The notes beneath the pieces were generated by a model. The model was not told where the DNA came from and ran no database searches. It saw nothing but the letters and a program-made list of their open reading frames with translations. A stretch of 63,508 nt of DNA, counting the filler, from Licmophora abbreviata (taxonomy: Eukaryota), in the NCBI GenBank assembly GCA_900291995.1. It is 8 parts of 8 records of this genome, joined end to end, with 100 filler letters (N's around TTAATTAATTAA, not from the genome) between each part and the next. Parts side by side here need not be neighbours in the genome. Positions count along the whole stretch, not along the records: positions 47,815 to 49,800 come from OLMU01003949.1; positions 49,901 to 60,894 come from OLMU01003950.1; 6 more parts are not named here. One strand, given 5' to 3'. Made by a program: the position numbers and the translations under genes. Positions 48,325-59,787 of the stretch are shown here, piece by piece; the first letter of the stretch is position 1; every line of letters starts with the position of its first letter.

Positions 48325-49691
48325 CTACATGACATCACAGTCTCCGCTTCTGCCTCCCCCGTGCTGCGCGTCGACGCAGCTGTCCGAAGCCACGACCGAC
48401 TCCATCCCAAGCATCGACACACCTTCACCTTCATCTTTGCTGTCCCATGCCTCTCCTATCGTCGCTCGCTCAAGACAGATCTTCTCCTCGATTTTTGCGT
48501 TAAGGGGATCGGCCGGATGAGCTGCCAGGATACGGTTGCTCATGACCCACGTAAAGTTGACATAGTGCATGACGCTCAAGTCAATCACGTCACTTCCGTA
48601 CGGGTCGGCCATCCTTTGGCCCAGAACGCGAAGACCGATCACGAAGACGGACTGCAAGAACACAATGAGCCCGGAAACGACGTCGGAAACCCAGTGCACA
48701 TCGTCTCCTGTACCGGCGTCAAGTGCAAAAGAAATTGCAAACAGCGGAAGATACAAACAAGACAAGAGGCAAATGAAATGGACGTAGAAGAATGAAATAG
48801 GTTGGTCCGCAAGGTTGTACATTGCGCTGAAGCTTCTCTGAAGTTCGAGAACAAGATCACGAAATTGACATGCGAGTCGACCGTCAATTGTGCCCTCCTT
48901 TTGTGTCCTCTGAACCTCCTCCATGCACCAAGAGATAATCTCGCGCAGAGAAGATCCGCCCTTGTTCATATCGATCCTTTCAATCCTGGAGATCTCCGTT
49001 GGTGTGAGATACCGGTTCTTCCGGTTCAATGGCTCGAAGAAGTTAGAAGATGAGTAAACATCCGACAACCCAACGTATCCAGCTACGTGCTGCGGCAGCA
49101 AACGGTAAATGTGAGCATGTTTCCAGTGAGTTCTCCGTTGGTAGTATGCATAGAGCATGATGCATGAGACGGAGATTACATTGCCTTTAAGGCAAGACGT
49201 ACCGCGGCGTTCATATACCGGACCAGTCGAAGTGCGTTTTCACGAGGCAAGGTCGCTTTGGATAGCTGGGCGGTGTCCAAAATCCGACCCTTGCACCCCA
49301 TAGACATGAGATAGAGTAGATCGAAGCGCTTGTTACTGGTAACGACGAAAAATACCAGGAAGAAAGAGAGGAATACGCCAATGACCCCAATGTTCGCGCC
49401 TCCAATCACAGTGAAGACTTCTGGCAGGTCGAATCGAGCCCAGACACGTACACCAATGTAAAGAAACATTGTGAGATACATGAGTGGATCGGTAACCAAC
49501 ACAGTCAGGACAGTACCATCCCAATACGAGAGAATCCGGTTGAAAGGAAGTTCTGAGCGCTGGAGGATCGCCCGTCGTCGAGCCTCGATCGCGTTGAGCT
49601 GCTCCCACGTGATCTCGTCGTCGCTTCGCACTGCCCCTGCGACGTTCTTTGCCATCTTTTTGGCAGACGACATAACTCCTCCTTCTCCCAT
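48325..49691 (-). CDS. Bestrophin-family anion channel-like protein, 2 exons
   Basis: Exons 49691-49203 and 49089-48325. Motifs WDGTVL, FLSFFLVFFV...KRF, QPISFFYVH and GQRMADPYGSDVIDL. Confidence 0.8.
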
Positions 49692-49800
49692 TCTATTCGG
49701 TTTCTTGTTCTATGGACAGAGGAAACGTCAGTCAGGGACGAGGGGACGCGAAAGATTGATGATTCAATGCCGTTACTGTCTTGATGTCATGTGTCGAAGA

Positions 49801-49900
49801 NNNNNNNNNNNNNNNNNNNNNNNNNNNNNNNNNNNNNNNNNNNNTTAATTAATTAANNNNNNNNNNNNNNNNNNNNNNNNNNNNNNNNNNNNNNNNNNNN
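49801..49900. other. Artificial scaffold spacer
   Basis: 44 N + TTAATTAATTAA + 44 N. Confidence 0.98.
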
Positions 49901-50454
49901 CAGAATGTCAGTGCGAACACCCTTGCTTGCTCATCGCCACACTCTCGTCTCACTTCTCGAATTCTCGAGCGCCGCGTCCTGACCAACGTGGTGAGTAGCG
50001 CCATGGCGAGTCGGCCTTTTCGACGTCTATGAGTCCCCCCTTTTAGATTCTGTTATGTGTTACAGTGCATGTATGTCAGGGAGTGACGATCGTGCTCGCC
50101 TGTGCGGTATTCTGAACTATTTGGCAACAAATCCTTGTCATGGCAGATCTTCCGCGTGTCGCGGCGAAGTTGAGGAGCGCCAGGCGTATCTTGTGATTTT
50201 CTCCACCCAATCGCTTTCGTTTCGCATCGTGAACTTTCCAGTGAATAAAGTGGATGAAGGGATCCTAATTTGGTGCTCAAGATTTGTGGAAGTGGACGAC
50301 CAAGATCGCATTTTGACTAGCAGCAGTATTTGCTGGTTTCGGCGATCGTCCACGAGATTTCCACCGCACAAAATGCTCTCCACCTTTCTCGTCGCCGTTG
50401 CGCTTGCCTCACTTTCTCTTTTCGATTCTTGACAGAATATTCAATTGCCTCACC

Positions 50455-52326
50455 ATGAATCTTGGAACGGAAAAAGAATCCGATTATGGATTCATCTTCA
50501 AGGTCTCTGGACCTCTTGTCGTCGCCGACGGCATGAGTGGAGCTGCCATGTACGAGCTTGTCCGTGTCGGACATTCCAAGCTTGTCGGAGAGATTATTAA
50601 GCTTGAGGGCGACACTGCGTCCATTCAGGTCTACGAGGACACCTCCGGACTTACCGTCGGCGACCCCGTTCTTCGCAAGAAGCAGCCACTTTCCGTCGAA
50701 CTCGGTCCCGGTATCATGGGAACCATTTTCGATGGTATTCAGCGTCCCCTCGAACATATTTTCCGCAACTCTGGAGATGTGTACGTTCCTAAGGGTGTTG
50801 ACGTCCCCTGTTTGACACGTGATGTTCGCTGGACGTTTACCCCTGGAAACTTCAAAGAAGGGCAGCCCATCAGTGGCGGCGACGTGATTGGTATCGTATA
50901 CGAAAATGAGATCATCGACTCCCACAAGATCCTCTGTCCTCCCAATGTCTACGGCACTGTCAGCAAGATCTACGCTGCTGGAACCGATGGAAAAGATACC
51001 TTTCTCGTCGACGACATTGTCATGGAAGTCTACAATGAGTCGCAAGACAAGACACACAAGTTGTCGCTCAGCCACTTCTGGCCCGTGCGTCGCCCACGCC
51101 CTATTACGGAGAAGCTCCCAGGTAACGCTCCCCTGATTACTGGTCTTCGTGTCATTGACGGTCTCTTTCCCTCCGTCCTTGGTGGAACCTGCGCTGTGCC
51201 CGGTGCCTTTGGATGTGGAAAGACTGTGATTTCCCAGTCGCTATCGAAGTTCTCCAACTCTGATGCCATTGTCTACGTCGGATGCGGCGAACGGGGTAAT
51301 GAGATGGCTGAAGTGTTGTGTGATTTCCCTGAGTTGACCATGACTATCAAGGATGAGGTGACCGGTGGTGAGAAGGAGGTCGGAATTATGAAACGTACGA
51401 CTCTTGTCGCCAACACGTCCAATATGCCCGTGGCCGCCCGCGAGGCCTCCATTTACACCGGTATCACCCTTGCTGAGTACTTCCGTGACCAGGGCATGAA
51501 TGTTTCTATGATGGCCGACTCTACGTCGCGATGGGCTGAAGCTCTTCGTGAGATCTCCGGACGTCTCGGAGAGATGCCTGCTGATTCCGGTTACCCCGCC
51601 TACCTTGGAGCACGTCTTGCTGCTTTCTACGAGCGCGCTGGTCGCGTTTCCTGCCTTGGCTCGCCGGAGCGCGAGGGTACAGTGACTGTGGTTGGAGCTG
51701 TGTCTCCTCCCGGCGGAGATTTCTCCGATCCCGTTACGGCCGCTACCCTCTCGATTGTACAAGTGTTCTGGGGTCTCGACAAGAAGCTAGCTCAGCGCAA
51801 GCATTTTCCGAGTGTGAACTGGCTCATCTCGTACACGAAGTACATGCAGGTTCTCGAGCCGTACTTCAACGGCATGGACGATCAATACTCTTATTTACGT
51901 AATCAGGGCAGGACGATTCTTCAGCAAGAGGACAACCTTTCCGAGATTGTGCAGCTCGTCGGAAAGGAGTCTCTTTCCGAAGATCAGAAGGTTGTCATGG
52001 AGGTCGCCAAGCTCATCCGCGAAGATTTCCTTGCGCAGAATGCTTTCACGGAGCACGACTACACGTGTCCTCTGCACAAGACTGTCGGTATGCTCAAGGT
52101 CATCATCACGTTCTACGATCTTTGCCAGAAGGCCATCGCGGACTCGCCGTCTGATGCCAAGCTGACGTACGCCCATATCAAGACGGCGCTTGCCCCGATG
52201 ATCCAGAAGGTCGTTGACAGCAAGTACCTCGATCCCAAGTCGCATGTCCCGGAGATGGACAAGTACTACAAGGACATTGTCGAGGATATGCGTCTCGAGT
52301 TCCAGACGTTGACCGATGGCATGTAA
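50455..52326 (+). CDS. ATP6V1A: V-type H+-ATPase catalytic subunit A
   Basis: [10 protein letters not shown]-loop [51 protein letters not shown] and [12 protein letters not shown]. The CDS has no introns and no intein. Confidence 0.98.
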   Translation: MNLGTEKESDYGFIFKVSGPLVVADGMSGAAMYELVRVGHSKLVGEIIKLEGDTASIQVYEDTSGLTVGDPVLRKKQPLSVELGPGIMGTIFDGIQRPLEHIFRNSGDVYVPKGVDVPCLTRDVRWTFTPGNFKEGQPISGGDVIGIVYENEIIDSHKILCPPNVYGTVSKIYAAGTDGKDTFLVDDIVMEVYNESQDKTHKLSLSHFWPVRRPRPITEKLPGNAPLITGLRVIDGLFPSVLGGTCAVPGAFGCGKTVISQSLSKFSNSDAIVYVGCGERGNEMAEVLCDFPELTMTIKDEVTGGEKEVGIMKRTTLVANTSNMPVAAREASIYTGITLAEYFRDQGMNVSMMADSTSRWAEALREISGRLGEMPADSGYPAYLGARLAAFYERAGRVSCLGSPEREGTVTVVGAVSPPGGDFSDPVTAATLSIVQVFWGLDKKLAQRKHFPSVNWLISYTKYMQVLEPYFNGMDDQYSYLRNQGRTILQQEDNLSEIVQLVGKESLSEDQKVVMEVAKLIREDFLAQNAFTEHDYTCPLHKTVGMLKVIITFYDLCQKAIADSPSDAKLTYAHIKTALAPMIQKVVDSKYLDPKSHVPEMDKYYKDIVEDMRLEFQTLTDGM

Positions 52327-52672
52327 GTTGGATCGCGGACGGCCTCGGTTTCTCGAACGTTAGCATTCGTAGCAATAAATCGGCAGCTTTAAGAGGAGTT
52401 GGATATCGTGATCTAGCTAGGCACATTGAGTGCGAAGCCCCCCACCCAATCTCATATCATTGCTGGATAAACCCGTACTGCTATTTCAATTGCTTGATAA
52501 ACCCGTACACAGCTATTGTACTCGTACGCCCTGAGGTTTGCATACGAGTAGACAGATGAAAGACAAACTCTCGGTTATATTTTGATGGCTTAGCTAAATC
52601 GTTCTATTGTCTTGGTTCACGCCCCATCAGCGTTTAACCTCGAATAAGCGTGACCTGGTCCCCCGTACCGAA

Positions 52673-53695
52673 CTAGTCCTTATTCTTGAACCAAGAACCT
52701 AGCGTCGTTCCGTATGGAGCCATGACGCAGAGAGCACCGCCCACGATGTTTCCGAGCGTCACAGGGACAAGGTTCTTCATGAACATTTGCGAGATGGTGA
52801 TTTCAGCGCCGCGGAAAATGCCGAGCGGGAGGATGAACATATTTGCGACGCTGTGATCTAAGCCGAGTGCGACGAAGGCACTAATGGGGAACCAGACGGC
52901 CGTCATTTTTCCAATCATGGTACTGCAGCCCGACGCCATGTACACTGCCATGCAAACCAACCAGTTACACATGATCCCTCTGACAAACGCGACATCCCAC
53001 GGCATAGAGCACTTGGCTGTCGCGATGGCAGCCGCAGCGGGTCCATTACCAAGCGTTCCTCCCTTGTAGGCAAGGTAAGCAAGCAGAAGCGACCCGACAA
53101 AGTTTCCGACATAGGACGCGGTCCAGTTCTTGATGAGATTTTTCTTGGTCGTTTTTCCTTCCATCAGAGCTCCAGTGACCAGAGCCGTATTTCCAGTAAA
53201 GAGTTCACCGCCAGTGACCAGAGTCATGATGAGACCAAACGGAAGCCCGAACGCTCCAAAGATGATCTAGCGACGTTGGCAGATATTTAATATGCAAACA
53301 TGAGCGGGGCGGAGCCAACAATGATGCCTAGGAGCAACTGCGCAACGCTTCTTATTTATAACTTGACGTACCTTTTGAAGTCCTGGATTCGCTGCTGCGA
53401 TTCCGGGACAGGCACCACCAACACTGATAGCGAGAAAAGCGCCAAAGGCAATGTGAGCACCGGAAACCACTCCAAGCTTGAAGATCTTGGCAAAGGGCGC
53501 AGCAGCTTTGGCAGCGCCCGCAGCGACAGCTCCTTCGTAGAGGGATGCAGGAGGCTTAAGATCAAGAGGTGCCGCATCCCCGCCGGACATTTTGAGGGCG
53601 ACCGACTTGGCTGCAAAGGTCGAGGGCTGAGGGATGGCAAACGCCGAGCTGGACGCTGCGAGGAGACAAAAGATGAACGTGTTTCGAGCAAGCAT
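52673..53695 (-). CDS. Formate/nitrite transporter (NAR1-like), plastid-targeted, 2 exons
   Basis: Exons 53695-53372 and 53266-52673. Motifs GGELFTGN, NFVGS, GIMCNWLVCMAV, LDHSVANMF and VTLGNIVGG. Presequence ASSSA-FAIP. Confidence 0.93.
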
Positions 53696-54369
53696 GATTC
53701 TTCTCCTGTCGACAAGGTGGGAACATAGGACACATTGAAAGTGAGAGACGGATCCTGAAATTGGACACTCATGTGCTGCAGTGGTCGAGTGAAAGTCCAC
53801 CCACAATCTTCCAGAAGTGCCGTGCCTGTCGAAGGTATCCGTTTCCCGCCAAAAAGAAGTCAAACAAATGACCACGAACTTGCCCCCAGGAACAGTATCG
53901 GGTCAGCGGAAGGATGCGGTTCGTGGCTTCTGAATATCAACGCCAGTGGGCAGCGCTCATCACATCTTACCTTTATTACCGTCGCGATTGGCGATGAAAG
54001 TTGCAAAAGTTGAAAGTATGAGTCAAGTTCACCGATACCATGAAAATCTTTGGCGCGCTTTGTCACCGCGTGATGAACGCGGCATTGGCGCGATGAAGCG
54101 AACTTCCGGAATATTGTACCATACACAGACTGGTGCTCCTCGGAAAGGTGGCTGTGTCTCTCACCCGCACACAGACTCTCCAACCGCACGCACACCTTCG
54201 CGCGCTTTTTCCTTTTTCAGCTCGCCGGAACACATTCTGAACTTCAAACTCACTCTCAACTCACTCACTGCCATCGGTTCACTCAGCCCGTGTAGGTTCC
54301 TAGACTACATGTCTAAGATACGAATGTTCAAAGTAACTAGACTGCCACCCTTCCCACAATAGCAACACT

Positions 54370-55590
54370 ATGTCCACTCCGCTTCTTCGTACTGGCACTG
54401 GATCTGATAGCGGTAGTCCTCTTTCCCCTTCGAGCAAGCTGCAGCTGGCACCAGCGCCTGGGACGACATCGTACCTGAACAACGCAAGCGACGTCTTGTC
54501 TGCCAGCGTCGACTCTTCCGCGACCGAACTGCTGCGAAACGAGCAGCTCTGCCATGTCGCCACTGCGCTTTGTCCCTTTCTCATCACGAACGGAAACTGC
54601 GACGACCCTGATGAAAATGGAGAGAATACCACCGCTCATCAGCGTTGCCTCGAGACCAGGACTCTGGCGGGAGGATTGTCGAATGCCTTGTTCGTGGTGT
54701 CGTCGCCGTCGAGGTCTGTGCTGGTCCGAATTCATCCCGACACGGGTATGATTCTCGATCACGACGAAGAAAATAGAATCGTCGCTTGGCTCAGTCGTCT
54801 TGGGAAAGCTCCCTTGTTTTACGGCAGATTTAGAAATGGCAGAGTCGAGGAATACTACCAAGGCTACAATCCACTATCATGTCACGATATGCCAAAGTAC
54901 GCAACGAGGATCGCCGCTATGATGGCCGATCTGCATGCGTTGTCAGTCCCTGCCAATGTCTTACCGTCTGTAGCCATAGGGCGGGTGTGGTCTTTGGTGG
55001 AAGAATGGTTTCAACGGTCCTTGTCAGGAGAGCATCAACAAGGACCCACTCAGATGCCGCTCGATGTAAACTACATGTACCAGCAATGGAGATGGCTACG
55101 AACTCAACTCTCGGCAACCTCGAATCTACCCGGCATTGCGTTTGCACGTCAGCTCGTATTTACACACATGGATGGCCAGAGCCTGAATATTCTCAGGAAC
55201 AGCAAAACGGGCGACATGAAACTTATAGACTTTGAGTACTCGGCAATGAATTCACGAGCCGCCGACATTGCCAACACTTTCTGTGAGTACTGCGACATGA
55301 ACAATTTGAACGGAAAATGGGATGCAGAGTACCCATCCGAGGCCCAACAGCTCGAATTCTTGGATGCGTACTTGAAATGCTCTGGGATGGAAGACTTGGA
55401 CGACGCGTCGCGAAGGCAATTCCGAGACGAGGTTAACAAGCACACCTTGATTTCGCACATGGGGTGGGCGATGTGGGGTATCCAGCAGAGTTTCATCTCT
55501 AACATTGAGTTCGAGTATTTAACCTATGCCCAGCATCGGTTGGATGGCTATCATCACTTCAAGGCAATGTTCTGGCCGGACGACATGTAA
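54370..55590 (+). CDS. Choline/ethanolamine kinase
   Basis: LAGGLSN, VLVRI, FRNGRVEEY, Brenner motif FTHMDGQSLNIL, LIDFEYS and DIANTFCE. Confidence 0.9.
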   Translation: MSTPLLRTGTGSDSGSPLSPSSKLQLAPAPGTTSYLNNASDVLSASVDSSATELLRNEQLCHVATALCPFLITNGNCDDPDENGENTTAHQRCLETRTLAGGLSNALFVVSSPSRSVLVRIHPDTGMILDHDEENRIVAWLSRLGKAPLFYGRFRNGRVEEYYQGYNPLSCHDMPKYATRIAAMMADLHALSVPANVLPSVAIGRVWSLVEEWFQRSLSGEHQQGPTQMPLDVNYMYQQWRWLRTQLSATSNLPGIAFARQLVFTHMDGQSLNILRNSKTGDMKLIDFEYSAMNSRAADIANTFCEYCDMNNLNGKWDAEYPSEAQQLEFLDAYLKCSGMEDLDDASRRQFRDEVNKHTLISHMGWAMWGIQQSFISNIEFEYLTYAQHRLDGYHHFKAMFWPDDM

Positions 55591-55711
55591 AAACACTTCC
55601 AGCACGACACGAATGGAACAACGTCGCGATTGTCCCTTTAGTACCTAGTAGTAGGGAGACAGATTATCTATTAGCTTAGCGTACATGGTGTAGGATATCG
55701 ACAATCGTCTC

Positions 55712-57424
55712 TTAGAAGTCTTCAAGGCCGTAGGGATCGAAACTCTCCAAATTCTCATCACCGAGCTCGAGTGATGTTGCACTCGAGTCGTCCCCGTACA
55801 GCAGTTCATAGAGATCTCGTCGCTCCTCACGCAAGCGGTTGATGCTGCCATCAGGTTCGACCCCCTTTGAAACCTTTTGTTCTTTTTCTTCGCTAGTCTT
55901 GGCAGCCTTGGCTCGTTTCTTTCGACTTGGCTCAGCTCTGACCGCAGCCGCGCCCTCCATGCCCGCGACGTTCGCCTTCTTCTTGACACTCTTCTTCGCT
56001 GATTGCGTTTTCTTTTTCCTCTTGGCGCGCGCAGGTAAAACTACTCGCACGTCATCCATTTTCTCTCGTCGCGTTGCTCTTGCTGACGATTTTGGAGCGG
56101 CCGCTTTGGCTGCCTTCGGCTTGGGAGCAGCCTTTGGTCTCGGGGGTCTTGATGCAACCGCTTGCGCTCGCTGCCTTTTAATCGATGCAACGGTCTTCTG
56201 CCGATATTCGGCATCTTGCCACTTGGCCTTCAAGGCTGCACTTATCTTTTCACGATGCGATTTTGCGTGCGGACCTGCCGGTTTCCGTCGACTCGCCATT
56301 TTCTCCAGCATCGCCGCTCGGAACTCTGGATTCTGCCATTTCTTCTTAAGTGCATGGCTGATTTTCTGTTTGACACTGGGATCAGCGTTGCTCGAGTGAG
56401 ACTTCTGTAGCATGTTTTCGCGATACTTGGCATCCTGCGACCATCGCTTGCGCAGCGATTCGCTGATCTTTGCTCGGGTTTCTTCCGAGTGCGTAAAACC
56501 TCGACGTACTTTTGTTGGATCTACGGAGCGCTTGCTCATTTCGCCATTGGCCCATTTCTTCTTGAGAATCTGACTGATCTTTTGCTTTGTCTCTTCCGTA
56601 GGTTTGTATCCACCGTTTGCAGTTCGACGCGCTCTGCGTTCGGCGTCCTTTCGTCTTCGCTCCTCCTTCATTCGAGCCTTGTGCTCTTCCTCCGTCAGAC
56701 CCATATCCTTTAGCTTTTGCAGAAAAGACTCTCGATTTCTTGCGCGAACCCCAGCTGCAATTCTGGCGCGGACTTCGGGCGACCGATGCTTTCCTTTGTT
56801 CCATGGCGTTTTCCCCTTGTTGGCTGCCGATATCTTGGCCTTGGAGGCTTCGGTATGCGAATATCCACCGTTCGCCGTCGGTTTCGGAACGTCACAGTCA
56901 GTATCATTTAAAGTTACGCCATTTGAAGCTGGAAGCGACGGTGTCGACCCGTTCACAACCGCCACCTTGATCGAATCCTGGTGTCCTGCGACGCTATCAT
57001 TGACGGCATGGCCATTGGCATCAGCGTCGGTTGCATTTCTAGAATCCACGGCTTCCAGAGAAGGCAAATCTGATTGTATCGTTTCCGTTGCTGAGCTATG
57101 CAGGCGCAGCAGGAAAGGATCCCGTCTCCGATGCGTTTGGCTGGATTGACTCGACGACATGACCGAATGAAGTCTATTGTTCTTTGAAAAGGGGAGGATC
57201 CCAGCAGGGAGCGAAAAGGGCCGCCCTTGGAAAGCAGAGACCATCGCTATCACTGAAATTATGGTCAAGGACGACAAGAAGAACGAGGACGGCGTTCGTC
57301 GCCTCCGTCGGTATCGTACCGATCGATCCTCCGAGGAATAGTACAGGATGTGTGATGGCGTCGCTCGATTCTCGCTACCGAAACCGCCGGTAAAGTTTTG
57401 AATTTTGTTGAATCTTTCCACCAT
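55712..57424 (-). CDS. NUMOD3-repeat nucleic-acid-binding protein, probably plastid-targeted
   Basis: HTEASKAKISAANKGKTPWNKG, PTEETKQKIS, HSEETRAKISESL and HAKSHREKIS. A hydrophobic segment ends in VSA-FQ. The true start is uncertain. Confidence 0.8.
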   Translation of the reverse strand: MVERFNKIQNFTGGFGSENRATPSHILYYSSEDRSVRYRRRRRTPSSFFLSSLTIISVIAMVSAFQGRPFSLPAGILPFSKNNRLHSVMSSSQSSQTHRRRDPFLLRLHSSATETIQSDLPSLEAVDSRNATDADANGHAVNDSVAGHQDSIKVAVVNGSTPSLPASNGVTLNDTDCDVPKPTANGGYSHTEASKAKISAANKGKTPWNKGKHRSPEVRARIAAGVRARNRESFLQKLKDMGLTEEEHKARMKEERRRKDAERRARRTANGGYKPTEETKQKISQILKKKWANGEMSKRSVDPTKVRRGFTHSEETRAKISESLRKRWSQDAKYRENMLQKSHSSNADPSVKQKISHALKKKWQNPEFRAAMLEKMASRRKPAGPHAKSHREKISAALKAKWQDAEYRQKTVASIKRQRAQAVASRPPRPKAAPKPKAAKAAAPKSSARATRREKMDDVRVVLPARAKRKKKTQSAKKSVKKKANVAGMEGAAAVRAEPSRKKRAKAAKTSEEKEQKVSKGVEPDGSINRLREERRDLYELLYGDDSSATSLELGDENLESFDPYGLEDF

Positions 57425-57698
57425 TCTCGAGGATCAACTGTCTTGCTAAGGTCTCAGGGGATGGAAAGGAAAGCGGAAACACCGCGTAGTTGGTCTTCTG
57501 CCTGCGGGCTGATGCCGATTGGCAGAAAGCGTCAGCGTCAATGGTCAAATTGGTCGTCCCGTCTATTTCTGCTTGTTCTTTTTCTATGGCCGCAAATCAA
57601 TTGCGGCTGACGTACGTACCATAAGTGCCTGTACGCCTGCCCGTCGTTTGTCCGTTTCAGTACATGTATCGTCAGGCGTCCGTCATGCGCTCCAAACC

Positions 57699-57768
57699 TG
57701 AATGAATGAATTGAATCGAATCAATCAATCGAATCTGAAATCTGAAATCTGAAATCTGAAATCTGAAA
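57699..57768 (+). repeat. GAAT/GAATC cluster followed by (GAAATCT)x4, about 22 bp upstream of the ATG at 57791
   Basis: Read directly. Confidence 0.9.
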
Positions 57769-57790
57769 CCAAAAATTGCAATAACTAACC

Positions 57791-59192
57791 ATGGCGGCTT
57801 CCGAAGCAGCGGCTCCTCCCGGCGCTCCAGCGCCCCCGCCGAATGTCAACAGCAACTCTAAGGCAAACGATGAGTCTCAGAAACCAAGGGAGTACAACCA
57901 GCGCTGGCTTGGATACTCCTGCATCATATTTGGCTCCACGATATCGTTTGCGTCAATCTCGAATGTGCTTCGCAGCGACGATGATGATTCTGCCAAACAA
58001 GGGCTGTGGGTTACTGGGCAAATTTGCGGGGTCCTCACCTTCTCACTATCATTCCTGATTCTTCTTTTTGATCGATTCAAATGTGCTGAAAAGTTTTTTG
58101 ATTACACAAAGGCGCTTGATGGGAAAGTGGAAGGATACGCACTGCTCTTCTTCCTTGTGACCTGGATCGTGGGGTACGTAGACAATCGAAGCCAAACACC
58201 GCGTCGAACCTGCTTCTTTGTGTGCATTCCCTGGTATTTATTGAACCACAACGTAGACTACACGGACTAATGTTCCTACTCACTGCTGCTCGATCACACA
58301 GCGTGGCGGTGTTGACGGTCCCTGATGGACTGGCATACTACACGTCCAACATATTCTTTTCTTCCTGGGGAACTCTCGCCGCCTGCGCTTACACGCTCAA
58401 CGAATGGACTTCCGAGAAGGACATTATATCCTTCCGCGAGCTGACACAACTCAGTGCGACACTCAAAACTTGGTATGTTTTGCTACTCCTATCGAACATT
58501 CACTTTGGCTCGTCCGTCGCCATGTTCAGCGAAGTCAGCGACAAATTGCAAAACGACGCGGCCTTTTCTCTTTCAATTGGACTTTTGTCCAGTCTCATAT
58601 CGCTGACATGGATACTAATCCACTACAAGTTCTTCGAGGGGATAAAACCGGGAGGATGGCTGGAGCTCGCCACGGCCTTCTTCCTCATTCTTATGTGGAC
58701 AATAGGGTAAGGACGCCATATGCCTTGTTTTGACTCTCGTGCCGCTACTGGTACCGGTGCGCTACGTGCTCCTGATGATAACAGCATAGGCCATTCACTC
58801 ATTCGCCATTGCGCTCTTGTTTCAGTCTAACAATCTTTACCAACTACGAGGGAATTTCCCCGTCGGCTGTGGGAAGCGGTTGCCGAGCCGACCTTGAGCT
58901 ATCCCAGTTTGAAAACTGTACCGTGATTACTGAAAAATTCTCAAAAGAGCTCAACGAAACGATTATTGAATATATGGACTGCTCATCACTCTACCAATCC
59001 GATACACCTGGATCGAACTTGTACCTTACCGGCTGGGGTGCACTATTTGCGTCAGTCAATTTGACTTTGAGGTGGAAAGCAGCGCAAGCATTGCAATTCG
59101 CGCAGGCAGCTCAGAATCTTGCACGCGCAAGTTCTTCCGAGCAGAACGGTGCCGACGCTGCCGACGAAGAAGACGACGACGATGCCATTTAG
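57791..59192 (+). CDS. Multi-pass membrane protein of unknown function, 3 exons
   Basis: Exons 57791-58173, 58302-58706 and 58826-59192 join in frame. Two similar four-helix halves (E...W..GV..LT...SNIFFSSW / E...W..GL..FT...SNLYLTGW). Confidence 0.75.
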
Positions 59193-59787
59193 CAAGAGTG
59201 TGGATGTGACCTTTTTTGTTCTTTGTGGAGCGAGATCGTGTCTGCCGTCGACGGCTCTACACCACGCACAATAGGGGTTATGCCTTACTACGTACTACGT
59301 CGTTTGGATCGCTGACATTGCAGACTCCAACGGGGTGGGCCTGTCGCTCGTCTGAACGCGAGAGTGATCTCACAGGCATAGGAGCATCCGTCGAAGCGCG
59401 TTCGACTCATTCAGGAATCATCGGTGTCCTTCGGGCATAATTCGTTGTATTCGCTCTCGTGCGAGCGTGAGACATTTGCTATTATGGTGGTAGTAGCTAC
59501 GCGGTGGAGTTCAAGAAGATCAACTTGCAGATGCCACCGCCGTGGCGTAAGCGTCGAACGCGGCCATTGAGATGCGACCTCGTTGACATCGTGAGATGTC
59601 GAAGGATCTCGAGGCCGACTCCTTATAAGCAACCCTCAGACTATTTGTTTCGAATTCAGGAGAAGCGATAGACTGCCCCCGATGTCGCATCCCACGTGCC
59701 ACGACCATGGATGTTTTCGCCGGCCACAAATGGTAACGAAAACATTTGACCATTCTTCTAACACTGACTAAGCTAGCAAGCTGCGAC

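Noticed and set aside
51270..51300. Possible VMA1-type intein in V-ATPase A
   Set aside because: [11 protein letters not shown] is uninterrupted and the protein has normal length.
50317..52245. Long antisense ORFs opposite V-ATPase A, and similar ones opposite other genes
   Set aside because: Expected from codon bias in highly expressed genes; they have no independent motifs.
52466..52517. Direct repeat GATAAACCCGTAC between convergent genes
   Set aside because: A single local duplication with no further evidence of function.
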